DNA of 64,000 nucleotides from NCBI GenBank assembly GCA_043808015.1, contig JAZDFI010000008.1, positions 19,408-83,407 on the forward strand, in the 5' to 3' direction. Source of the DNA: Candidatus Aenigmatarchaeota archaeon. GTDB taxonomy: Archaea; Aenigmatarchaeota; Aenigmatarchaeia; QMZP01; QMZT01. Position numbers and translations under genes: made by a program. The first letter of the stretch is position 1, and each line of letters opens with the position of its first letter. The notes beneath the pieces are model-generated. The model was not told where the DNA came from. It saw only the letters and a program-made list of their open reading frames with translations, and made no database searches. This document shows, piece after piece, positions 42,080 through 51,538 of this stretch.

Positions 42080-42569
42080 TAAAAGCCTTTTAGAAAAAGG
42101 CTTTAGCGAAAAACGAAAGCGCGAACAATGTATATAAAGACCTGGCAACAATAATTAGTTGCTCACGCTTACGGAAAACGCAGGTGATGTCTGCGGTTTC
42201 CAAAACAATGGCTATCCAAAGCTGTTCAGAGCTGTGTCGTATCCGTGACAGGGAATGGCATTGCAGTCGGAGGGTGGCGTACGCGAGTACGATATCTGTT
42301 TTTCTGGACAAGCTAGGGCTAGCGACAACCAAATCTCAATGTCACGGATCATGCTAACCACATTACACCGAACCGATTGCGGTTGATGCAAACCCGCTTT
42401 CGGCATATGAAGCCTTTCAGCGAACGCTGATGGGTGGATTAGAGAGGAGCGATGAATATCATACAGTCACCTGAACGGACGCGCAAGCGCCTGTAATGAC
42501 GAGGTGAACACCAATTGAGTTCCTTGATGATGAAACATTGGCGAGTTGTCCTGACAAAAAGGATCTGCT

Positions 42570-45500
42570 ACGTTGTGTGGTGGATGGTTTGGTTCGAGGG
42601 CCGAAGAAGGACGTGGCAAGCTGCGATATGCCGGGGGTAGACGCAAGCAGTCTTTGAACTCCGGATCTCTCAATGAGACTTCTTAACTTCGGTTGTTGGC
42701 CTTCGGGTCATCGGTGACGCCCTGAATTGAAACATCTTAGTAGGGGCAGGAAAAGAGAACAATAGTTATTCCCTTAGTAGAGGCGATTGAAAAGGGAAGA
42801 GGACAAACCGAATCTTCTGGTGTAAGCCAGGAGAGATGTGGGGTTCGGACCTGTGCTCATCCTAACTTCTAAGTCCGAAGTGATCTGGAAAGATCCACGG
42901 CAAAGGGTGATAGTCCCGTAGGAGGACAGAAGAAGGTTGATAGCGGGTATCCAGAGTACCAATGGTCGAAGATCCATTGGGAATACGGGAGCCAGTAACT
43001 CCTAATCCTAAATACACCTCGAGTCCGATAGCGCACAAGTACGGTGACGGAAAAATGAAAAGTATCCTTAATCGGAGATTAAAAGAGCCTGAAACCATGC
43101 AACTATAGGTAGACATTGCTTCTGCTTTGCAGGAGTTTTGTCGCCCGTGCGGAAACACGCGTCAAGGAGTTTATTTTTGTGGCGAGGGTAATTCAAGTAC
43201 CCATAGCGAAAGCGAGAACTGCGCAGCGGCTTCGTGCCGTCAGGCAGTCAGGTTTGAAAGAGCCTACAGTCACAAGGATAAGACCTGAAGCTAGTCGATC
43301 TAGCCCTTGGTAGGGTGAAGTCTGGCGAAAGCCAGATGGAGGCCCGGTAGAGATGCTGAGATTCAAATCGCTCACGTAACCTGGGGCTAGGAGTGAAATG
43401 CTAATCGAGATTAGCGATAGCTGGTTCCTCTCGAAATATGCCTCAGCATAGCCTGGTCGGAGATGGATGGCGGGGTATAGATACTGATTGGGCAACCAAG
43501 GACCGAAAGGTCCAGTTGTCCTGTCAAACTCGGAATCTACCATCATCGCAGAAGACCGGAGTGGGAGCGCCGGGGTAAGCTCGGTGTTCGAAAGGGCGAG
43601 AACCCAGCCTAAAATTAAGGTCCCTAAATTCAAGCTAAGTGATAAAAAGCGTCTTCAACCTTATACAATAGGGAAGTTGGCTCAGAAGCAGCCACCTTTT
43701 AAAGAGTGCGTAATAGCTCACCTATCTAGGTTGTGGGCCTTGAAAATGGACGGGACTAAGCTTGGTACCGATATTTTAGATTCCTAAAAGGAATATGGTA
43801 GAGAGGTGTCCTGCTAGGGCAGAAGTTCTCTCGTAAGAGGGAATGGACCTTGCAGGAATAAGAATCTTGATGATAGTAGCAGCAATAGTGAAGTGAGACA
43901 CTTCACCACCTAAAGGGCAAGGGTTCCTCAGCAACGTTCGTCGACTGAGGGTTAGTCGGTCCTAAGGCAAGCCCCAATTGGAACTTGCCGAAAGGGAAGC
44001 AGGTTAATATTCCTGCACCATGAGAATACGAGTGGCGACACAAGTTCATTTCCTGACGCTTCTGGATAAATCGATCATTTCGGTGATTAACCGGTTAAAC
44101 CTGTGGAGTACCGTAATGGTGAGAAACAGGCCAAGCCGGCAATAGCTGACGTATGTCAGTTCGGTTGACTTCAGGAGCCCGTGAAAAGGGAAATGGAATG
44201 GATTTTTCATGTCCGTACCAAGAACCGTTACTGGTGCCCCTCGCTGAGAAGGCGAAGGTGTAATAGGAAAATTCAGGTCAAGGAATTCGGCAAAATCGCC
44301 CTGTACCTTTGGTATAAGGGGTGCCTAATCTTCTGGCTCAGCCAGAACGATTAGGTCTCAGTAACTAGTGGGTTGCGACTGTTTAACAAAAACGTAGGGG
44401 GCTGCTAGGTGGAAACGCTTTGTATAGCTCTTGAGGCCTGCCCAGTGCCGGTGTGTTAAACTGGCTAAAACCAGCCAAGCCCCGGTAAACGGCGGCGGTA
44501 ACTCTGACCGTCTTAAGGTAGCGTAATCCCTTGTCGATTAATTGTCGACCTGCATGAATGGCTTAACGACATCCCAACTGTCTTGATCTGAAGCCTAGCG
44601 AACTTAGTTGTCCAGCGAATATCCTGGAGTCCTTCAGCGGGACGAGAAGACCCCATAGAGCTTTACTGCAGTCTGTTGTTGTAGTATGCTGATGGTCGCA
44701 TAGCGTAAGTGGGAGCATCGCACTCAAGTCTTCGGGTTTGAGGAAGGCGTCAATGTAACACCACTCCACCGTCAACATATTGCTTACCTTTAGGGGGACA
44801 GCAATTGATGGGCAGTTTGGCTGGGGCGGTACGCCTCTGATAAAGGATCAGAGGCGCCCTATGGTCGGCTCATTCCGGTCAGAAATCGGAAGCAGAGTGT
44901 AAGGGCAAAAGCCGGCCTGATAGGATTCTGCAAGGCAAAGAATCCTAACGCGAAAGCGTGGCCTAGCGATCCGCTGTGTCTCTATTAGCTGAGAGCCAGC
45001 TCTGTCAGAAAAGTTACCTTGGGGGTAATGGAGTCGTGGCGCGTGAGAGTCCATAACTCATTTCTCGTTCTCGATAAGTCTGAACAAAAAACGATACATA
45101 CCTTGTGTATGTTAAAGCTTTTTGTCAGGACAAGCAGAAAGCAGAATATATAATCATCTGTTGGCTGTTGAGTCACACGTATCTATGCCCATTCATTGGG
45201 CTGCAAAGGTGCGTGTGATGATGAAAAATCGAGAAGTGAGAGGTCAAATCGACCGCGCTCGTTGCTTCTCCGCCGTCGGCTCGGCTCTTCCTGGACGTGC
45301 AGCAGCGTCCAAGGGTGGAGGTGTTCACTCATTAAAGAGTCACGCTAGCTGGGTTAAATACGGTGCGAGCCAGTATGGTCTATATCTGCTGAAGGTGTTG
45401 GTTACCTGAGGGTAGAATGCAATTAGTACGAAAGGAACACTGCGTTGTGGCCTCTGGTGTATCGGTTGTGTCTGCATTGCCGAGTAGCTACGCCGCTGAG

Positions 45501-45680
45501 GATAAAGGCTGAAAGCATCTAAGCCTGAAGCCTCTCCCGAAAATAGGTAACCGTTCATCAAACTGATACGCAAGTATCGGCGCGATGAGGAAGGTCTCGT
45601 AGACGACGAGGTTGATGGAAGCGGGGTGTAAGTACCAAGCTTAGGCGAGGTATTCAGCCCACGTTACCCAATCACCTGAC
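42570..45680 (+). rRNA. rrl: 23S rRNA (ends approximate) with a 193-nt BHB-like intron (45055-45247)
   Basis: GGTGGATGG..CCGAAGAAGGACGTG, GAATTGAAACATCTTAGTA, sarcin-ricin loop AGTACGAAAGGAAC; processing stem GTCCT-GACA-AAA / TGTC-AAA-AGGAC. Confidence 0.96.
45055..45247 (+). other. BHB-like intron in 23S rRNA helix 89 loop (after about E. coli 2477)
   Basis: GAGTCCAT|insert|ATCGACC; terminal stem CTCATTTCTCG/CGAGAAGTGAG; central helix GTCC/GGTC has one mismatch. Confidence 0.85.
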
Positions 45681-45850
45681 AGATCTTTGTCAAAAGGACA
45701 ACTCGCCAATTATGTTTCCTCTATTTTTATTAATGGAGAACTGCATAGCGTCAGCTATCGCTGGCGTTACTTGATTTTGAGTCGGTAAAACCGGCAACCA
45801 GCGGACGCCAGAGTAACATATAAAAAACTTTGTGAACCAATAATAATTGG

Positions 45851-45931
45851 TCCACGGTCTGGTCAAAGAGGTGCGGCATTAGCCCCCCGTGATGCAGGGT
45901 TAAAATTCGCGCCCTGATCAGAAGGCCATGG
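45851..45931 (+). ncRNA. 81-nt structured element, copy 2 (candidate small RNA gene)
   Basis: TATA-like TATAAAAA roughly 25-30 nt upstream, terminal stem GGTCCACGG/CCATGGGCT, T-rich tail. Confidence 0.5.
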
Positions 45932-45991
45932 GCTTTGTTTCTAGCGCTTCGCTTAAATCAACCTTTTTAAAGCGAAAAACGAAGGAATCTT

Positions 45992-46330
45992 GTTGAGCCG
46001 GGTGGATAGCTCGCCTTGCGCAAGCAGGGAGGTAAGTTCCATACACTCAAGCCAGCACCCAAACGTGCTGGTAAAGCACGCTGATGAAAATCAGGGTTCG
46101 AGAGAGCCTGTCCGATCGCAGAAACCACCTTCGCTTCGGAGCCATGACTCCGCAAGGGAGAGCGACGAAGGAGCGCAAGGGTGAAATTGAACCGGGCCGT
46201 GCGGGTGAAAGCGTAGGGCAAGCATGCAGGTTTCCTGTGTGAACCCGATCGCGAGTCAGAAAAATGCTATCGCCACGTTCGCGCTTCAAAGCGCGCGTGA
46301 TGACAGAAAATGGGCTATGCCCGGCACAAC
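45992..46330 (+). ncRNA. rnpB: RNase P RNA
   Basis: P1 GTTGAGCCGGGT/GCCCGGCACAAC; CR-I-like GGAGGTAAGTTCC; GCAGAAAC; GGGTGAAA; CR-V-like ACAGAAAATGGGCTAT. Confidence 0.85.
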
Positions 46331-46364
46331 ACCTTTTAAATCCATACTGGATATATGTGATATT

Positions 46365-46526
46365 ATGAGCAAAGAAAAGACGATGATGCCTCAGTCGACG
46401 GCTGGCCTAATCCGTTATTTCGAGGATTCTGAATCCGCGATAAAACTGAAGCCGGAGCACGTCATAGGCGGCGCGGTCGCAATCATAGCGATTGAAATAG
46501 CCCTCAAGTTCCTTATAGTCGTTTAA
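46365..46526 (+). CDS. secG: Preprotein translocase Sec61beta subunit
   Basis: STAGLIRYFED....KLKPEHV plus TM helix. Confidence 0.92.
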   Translation: MSKEKTMMPQSTAGLIRYFEDSESAIKLKPEHVIGGAVAIIAIEIALKFLIVV

Positions 46527-46713
46527 TCGTTTTATTTTCCGATATTCTTAAACGGTTTTCCTCGTCTTGCTGCAATATGGTTTTATATGCCTTGTTTTTT
46601 GTGTGACTATCCGCCAGTTGCGCAGCGAACAGCGTCCGTTTTTATATCATAACTGTTCCCTGCTACTACTTTAAATTTGTTTGGCCCGAAAATTATATTA
46701 GGGTTGGGAGGGG

Positions 46714-47373
46714 TTGTATATGGTAATGCCTTTGGTTACTAAGATAAACGATAAGATAACGCTCATTCATCTTTCAGACTTGGATTCCAATATCTACCTG
46801 CTGGGGAAGGATACTGTAATCGATTCGGGCACGGGGTCGAATTTTGTGAGACTGTATGACATACTGAAGCGCCTGAAGCTCGATTTCGAACTGGTAAAGA
46901 ATATCGTCAATACGCACATGCACTGGGACCACGTAGGCGGGAATGGATTCTTCTCGAACGCGAAGATACACATACACGAGAAGGACGCGGTGATTCTAGA
47001 GAAGGGCGACGCGAACATGAGCAACGCCGCATACTTCAGCGGCAAGATGAAACCGGTCAAAGTCGCCGTGAAACTCAAGGACGGCGACGAGATTTTCGGC
47101 TTCAAGGTCCTGCATACGCCCGGCCACACCCAGGGCTCGATATGCCTTTACGACGCGAAAGAAAAGATTCTCATTTCAGGCGACACGTTATTTGCCGACG
47201 GAGTTGGAAGGACCGACCTCGCCGGCGGTAGCGAAGACGATCTGAGCGCTTCGATAGAGCGGCTCTCGTCGCTGAAAATAGACAAGATACTGCCCGGACA
47301 CGGAGAGCCCGTCCTTAAAGGCGGGGACAAGGCCATAAAGAGCATAGTTTCGTCTGTAGATGAAGAAGTTTAA
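46714..47373 (+). CDS. Metallo-beta-lactamase-fold hydrolase (glyoxalase II-like)
   Basis: THMHWDHVGG, HTPGHT.GS, SGDTLF, PGHG. Confidence 0.92.
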   Translation: MYMVMPLVTKINDKITLIHLSDLDSNIYLLGKDTVIDSGTGSNFVRLYDILKRLKLDFELVKNIVNTHMHWDHVGGNGFFSNAKIHIHEKDAVILEKGDANMSNAAYFSGKMKPVKVAVKLKDGDEIFGFKVLHTPGHTQGSICLYDAKEKILISGDTLFADGVGRTDLAGGSEDDLSASIERLSSLKIDKILPGHGEPVLKGGDKAIKSIVSSVDEEV

Positions 47374-47399
47374 AGCCAAAAAACAGATACTCGAAAGCG

Positions 47400-47801
47400 C
47401 TATTTTTTCTCTTCTATGAGGACGCCGTTCACGACCCCGTGCTGGCCCGGCTTCGACGTCACGCGCACAGAGCCGATTTCCGTTTTGACTATCGCTCCCT
47501 TCGTGATGACGTTCATTCGCACGTAATGCGGGTTGGCCGGGTTCTTTTCCACGGTAATGATCTTGAGCTTCCTGATTTTTTTGGTCTTGGGGTCAGCCAC
47601 GTTTATCTCGTTGACCATGAGCAGGTTGAGCTTTGTGTTGCCGCCTCTCGTGCGGTTTATCTTTACCCGCCTCTTTTCGCTCAGCTTGGTCATGATAAAC
47701 TCGTTACCTCTGTCCATTTTCCTCTTCTTCCTGAGCCTGCGAATAAGCTTCCCGGTAGGCCCTCTCCTTGAACGCAAATGCCATTTCACCATATGCAGCA
47801 C
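47400..47801 (-). CDS. rps8e: 30S ribosomal protein eS8
   Basis: RTRGGN.K, NPANPHYVRMNVITKGAI, TSKPGQHGVVN. Confidence 0.95.
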   Translation of the reverse strand: MLHMVKWHLRSRRGPTGKLIRRLRKKRKMDRGNEFIMTKLSEKRRVKINRTRGGNTKLNLLMVNEINVADPKTKKIRKLKIITVEKNPANPHYVRMNVITKGAIVKTEIGSVRVTSKPGQHGVVNGVLIEEKK

Positions 47802-47918
47802 CGATTCTATATAATTAAAGACGTTATATTTAAATAGATAGTTGGCTTTTAATTATTATAAGTTAAGTATACACGAATCTATTTTACCCGATTTTGAATT
47901 GGGTTTTGGGAGGAGGTT

Positions 47919-48152
47919 ATGGAAATGCAACAAAGGCCACTGGACGTCCTTGGCAGCGCTGAACACAAGAGAATAATCATACAGGTCAAGAACAGGGACA
48001 AAATAATAGGAACTCTTAAAGCGTTCGATTCTCACCTTAACATCTGGCTCGACGACGCAGAGGTGCAGAGCGCGGACGGCGAAAGGTCGGAAAAGCTTGG
48101 AACGGTCCTGGTAAGAGGGGACAACATAGTGCTTATTTCTCCCGGAAAATAA
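47919..48152 (+). CDS. Sm/Lsm-like protein (SmAP)
   Basis: RPLDVL, GTLKAFD.HLN, VRGDNIV.ISP; linked to rpl37e. Confidence 0.95.
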   Translation: MEMQQRPLDVLGSAEHKRIIIQVKNRDKIIGTLKAFDSHLNIWLDDAEVQSADGERSEKLGTVLVRGDNIVLISPGK

Positions 48153-48192
48153 GGCTGCAAGCTTATAAATAAACGAACCAAAACGTGATACT

Positions 48193-48381
48193 ATGTCAAA
48201 GGGAACGCCCAGCATGGGTAAGAGGAACCAGAAGACGCACATTTTATGCAGACGTTGCGGTCGCCATGCTTACCATGCTTCAAAGAAGGTATGCGCAGCC
48301 TGCGGCTTCGGAGCCTCGAGAAAGCTGAAGAAGTTCAACTGGCAATGGAAGACTGTGCAGCGCGACAAGAGGACAGAGTAA
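48193..48381 (+). CDS. rpl37e: 50S ribosomal protein eL37
   Basis: [25 protein letters not shown]. Confidence 0.96.
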   Translation: MSKGTPSMGKRNQKTHILCRRCGRHAYHASKKVCAACGFGASRKLKKFNWQWKTVQRDKRTE

Positions 48382-48421
48382 GCGTCTTACCCGCATATAA
48401 ATAACCTGTTATATATCATAT

Positions 48422-48519
48422 GTTATCGGCTGACGACTTGTAACTAGAATTACAAGGTGCCTTCGAGAACAAGCGACTGACAGCTTGGGTTTAAGGTTCG
48501 GGCTGTCTTTCGATACAAC
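48422..48519 (+). ncRNA. Candidate ~100-nt structured RNA directly upstream of tRNA-Lys
   Basis: Closing stem GTTATCGG/TCGATACAAC, hairpins CTTGTAA/TTACAAG and GACAGCTTGGG/TTCGGGCTGTC (G-U rich). Confidence 0.4.
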
Positions 48520-48520
48520 T

Positions 48521-48629
48521 GGGCCTGTAGCTCAATCGGCAGAGCACCAGACTCTTAGATGTTATGAGGCGCTTGCGCCCGTGACTGCGTGATATCTGGG
48601 GGTCGCGGGTTCGATTCCCGCCGGGCTCA
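48521..48629 (+). tRNA. tRNA-Lys(CUU) with 37/38 intron (48558-48593)
   Basis: GGGCCTGTAGCTCAATCGGCAGAGCA-CCAGA-CTCTTA|intron|A-TCTGG..GCGGGTTCGATTCCCGC; BHB central helix imperfect. Confidence 0.88.
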
Positions 48630-48674
48630 TTTACCATTTTTATGCGTTTGCGGCTGCCACAGAAATTAGCAATC

Positions 48675-49091
48675 CTAGAGCCTGAAAGAAATGAGATGCT
48701 TCACGTGTTTTACGGCCTTGGGCTGGGCGCTTATTATGTCGCTAGCGGTTATTATCCCCACAAGCCTGCCTTTGCCGTCAACCACAGGGAGCTTCTTGAT
48801 TTTGTTCTCGCTCATGAGCATCGCTGCCTTGATGACGGTCCTCTTCGGGCCTATGTTTATTACATAATGAGTCATCACGGCTTTGACTTTCGTTTTCTTT
48901 AAGTCTTTAATCTCTTCTGATGCTATCGCGACCAGAACGTCCCTTTCGGTGAGCATGCCGACTGGTTTGCCGTCCTTCGCGACGATCACGCATCCTATGT
49001 GGTTGTCAGCCATGATCTGCATGGCTTCAAGAAAACTTGTATCTGGTTTTACGGTAATCACGTGCTTGTTCATGATTTTTTCAACCAGCAT
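48675..49091 (-). CDS. CBS-pair protein
   Basis: GMLTERD, IKKLPVVD..LVGIITASD. Confidence 0.9.
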   Translation of the reverse strand: MLVEKIMNKHVITVKPDTSFLEAMQIMADNHIGCVIVAKDGKPVGMLTERDVLVAIASEEIKDLKKTKVKAVMTHYVINIGPKRTVIKAAMLMSENKIKKLPVVDGKGRLVGIITASDIISAQPKAVKHVKHLISFRL

Positions 49092-49162
49092 GCTACCAAA
49101 AAACTATTGTGAAAGATGCTTTTTAAATGCGGCCTAGCCGGATAAAACTGGAGAATTAGAAT

Positions 49163-49489
49163 TTATCTGAGTTCTATGTCTATCTTTACGTCTTCCGGGA
49201 TGGGAAGGCGCACGACCTGGCGCAACGCTCGCTCGTTCGAGCCGATGTCTATGACGCGCTTGTGGATCCTCATCTCCCATCGGTCATACGTCGCGTTGCC
49301 GTGGCCGGTTCCATCGCCGCATGGCGTTTTCATCGTAACGACCTTGAGCTTCTTGGTGGGCATCGGTATCGGGCCGCGTATGGAGACTCCGTATTTCTCG
49401 GCGATTTCCTTTATCATGTTGCATATCTCGTCGAGCTTCTGGTAGCTCTTCCCCGCCAGCTTGATCCTTGCGTATTCCATGAGCATCAC
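49163..49489 (-). CDS. rps10: 30S ribosomal protein uS10
   Basis: GPIPMPTK, TPCGDG, WEMRIHKRVID. Confidence 0.95.
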   Translation of the reverse strand: MMLMEYARIKLAGKSYQKLDEICNMIKEIAEKYGVSIRGPIPMPTKKLKVVTMKTPCGDGTGHGNATYDRWEMRIHKRVIDIGSNERALRQVVRLPIPEDVKIDIELR

Positions 49490-49512
49490 GTATGTTTCGA
49501 GTCTTTTTAACC

Positions 49513-49971
49513 TTACCTCTTGGATCTCTGCTTATATCTCCTCGGGCCCTGAGACGACCTCGGTGGCTTGTGCGGCTCCGTTCTCCTCGGGTCGTATACC
49601 AGCAGATTCCTGTCGTAGTCCATGAGTTTTTTCTTCAGCACAGCGCCGAATATCTCGCTGAGGCCGCGCGCAAAAGCCTGGCGGACCGCATCGGATTGTC
49701 CGGTAGCGCCGCCGCCCTTTGCAATCGCTACATAATCATAAGTCTTCCAGTCCTCGCTTTCCATTACTATGAACGGCTCCTGGATGCGCATGCGTAAAAT
49801 ATCGTTTTTCATGTTCTCAAGCGGCTGGCCGTTGATGCTGATTTTGCCGGAGCCCGGCTTTATAGTCGCATTTGCAACAGCTTTCCTGCGCTTTCCTGTA
49901 GTGAATATGATGTCAGTGCTTCTCTTCGCGGCTTCCTTCTGATTCGCTTGCGCGTCTTTCTTTTTCGTCAT
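49513..49971 (-). CDS. rps9: 30S ribosomal protein uS9
   Basis: GKRRKAVA, GGGATGQ, YDRNLLVYDPRR.E. Confidence 0.95.
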   Translation of the reverse strand: MTKKKDAQANQKEAAKRSTDIIFTTGKRRKAVANATIKPGSGKISINGQPLENMKNDILRMRIQEPFIVMESEDWKTYDYVAIAKGGGATGQSDAVRQAFARGLSEIFGAVLKKKLMDYDRNLLVYDPRRTEPHKPPRSSQGPRRYKQRSKR

Positions 49972-49973
49972 GT

Positions 49974-50393
49974 TTACACACCAAAGTTCTTTGAAATGTC
50001 CTCTATGCGGACGAATTTGCAGCCCGAGTTCGTTTTCGTGCTGCTTATTATTTCCGCCTTGTCATCCTTGAATGCAATGGGAACTTCCCTGAAGACCTTG
50101 AGTTTTCTGTAAGCCGTCCTGCCTCTCGGCTTGTGGAACGGCAGCATGCCCCTGATTATGCGCCTGAGAATCCTCTCCGGTTGCTTCGGGTAAAAGGGTC
50201 CATGGTACGGGTCGCCTCTCTTTATTTTCTGCTCGTAATCGGCTGCCGTGGCTTTCGGATTACCCGTTATTATCGCCTTCTCGGCGTTGACTATGACTAT
50301 CTCTTCGCCGTTAAGTAGCCGCTTCGCTACCGTGGACGCGAGCCTCCCTGCAACACAATCCTGGGCGTTTATCACGGCGACCATATCAATCAC
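49974..50393 (-). CDS. rpl13: 50S ribosomal protein uL13
   Basis: GRLAS.VAK.LL.GE, RRIIRGMLP. Confidence 0.95.
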   Translation of the reverse strand: MIDMVAVINAQDCVAGRLASTVAKRLLNGEEIVIVNAEKAIITGNPKATAADYEQKIKRGDPYHGPFYPKQPERILRRIIRGMLPFHKPRGRTAYRKLKVFREVPIAFKDDKAEIISSTKTNSGCKFVRIEDISKNFGV

Positions 50394-50753
50394 TTAAGCT
50401 ATTATCCTGACATCCTTGCCTTTGGGGTTCTTCTCGTAAAGCTCTTCTATCGAGAGACATGTCCCGCCAGCCTTCTCGATTTTCTGGCGAGCGCTTCCGG
50501 AAAACTTGAGAGCCGCGACATTCACGTGCTTGCTTATCTGGCCTGAACCGAGCACGATGCCGGGAACGACCAGCGTCTCTTTCGCCTGAGCGAGCTTCTC
50601 TATGCTGGTAAGGTTGACCTCGAATCTCACTCTGGTCGGCCTGTTAAGGCTTTCAGCGACGGCTTTCCATACACCGCTTTTGTTCTTGACGCCGTCCACG
50701 TAAAGCTTCTCCACAAGCGCCTTCATGTAGTCGTTCTTGTTCCTTACTTTCAT
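50394..50753 (-). CDS. rpl18e: 50S ribosomal protein eL18
   Basis: VVPGIVLGSG, AALKFS..ARQKIEKAGG, NPKG. Confidence 0.95.
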   Translation of the reverse strand: MKVRNKNDYMKALVEKLYVDGVKNKSGVWKAVAESLNRPTRVRFEVNLTSIEKLAQAKETLVVPGIVLGSGQISKHVNVAALKFSGSARQKIEKAGGTCLSIEELYEKNPKGKDVRIIA

Positions 50754-50848
50754 AGGTATCAGCCTAATATCGATAGGATAATCTTATGCTAATATATATT
50801 TAAATATTAATTAACCATGCAATTAGCTTTAACGCCCTCGCCGTTTCG

Positions 50849-51472
50849 CTATTTCAACACCTTTCCGGTTTCCAGATACCACAGGTAAAGGTCCAGCTCG
50901 GCGAGGTTCACGCCTATTCTTGCAGCGAATCCCTTCAGAACGCGCTCGATTTCCAGATACTTGTTTTTTGTCAGCGTTTTCGGGCGAACAATCGCACCAC
51001 AGCGCTCGAGTATGTCGATTATGTGGAAGTCAAGTATCGCGACGTCGGTGAAACCTACGTTTCGCAGGAAATGGCTAGCCTCCTTGTAGCCGAGTCCCTT
51101 TACGTTGGTCACCAGCCACTCGCGCAGGCTTACGCCGTTCGAAGACGAGACTATCCTTTTCAGCGAACCAAGATGCTTTCTCGCCTCCACGATGTATTGC
51201 GCGCGCGCGTTCGGGTAGCGGTGGCCAAGCGCTTTCAGCCGCGTCGCTAGCGCAGCCTCGGGAAGCGTGGCGAAGCCATCGCCTATCGCATTCTGGATTC
51301 GAATCCCGCCTTCCGCGCTGTAATTCGCCGTCAGTATGCAGAAGCACAGCTCGCTGAATAACGCTCGTTCGTCCTTCCGGCCGAGTTCCGCAAATTCGCT
51401 GACACGCGCATCGACCACATTCTTCATATCGCTGGTCATGAGTTCGCACACGCGCTTTATTTCCCTTTCCAT
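50849..51472 (-). CDS. ogg: 8-oxoguanine N-glycosylase/DNA lyase
   Basis: ELCFCILTAN, KGLGYKEASHFLRNVG, ILDFHI, TGKVLK. Confidence 0.93.
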   Translation of the reverse strand: MEREIKRVCELMTSDMKNVVDARVSEFAELGRKDERALFSELCFCILTANYSAEGGIRIQNAIGDGFATLPEAALATRLKALGHRYPNARAQYIVEARKHLGSLKRIVSSSNGVSLREWLVTNVKGLGYKEASHFLRNVGFTDVAILDFHIIDILERCGAIVRPKTLTKNKYLEIERVLKGFAARIGVNLAELDLYLWYLETGKVLK

Positions 51473-51538
51473 GTTTCATCCTCTAAGGCTGTAAAGCTTT
51501 GCTTGAGCAAATAGTGGTTTGTCAGAGGAAATAAATAG

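Noticed and set aside
45700-45850. Possible 5S rRNA downstream of 23S
   Set aside because: No CCGAAC loop or 5S helix pattern; only short hairpins consistent with trailer sequence.
48430-48470. CTGACGA followed by a hairpin, resembling a hammerhead ribozyme core
   Set aside because: The required GAAA after stem II is absent (GTGCC instead).
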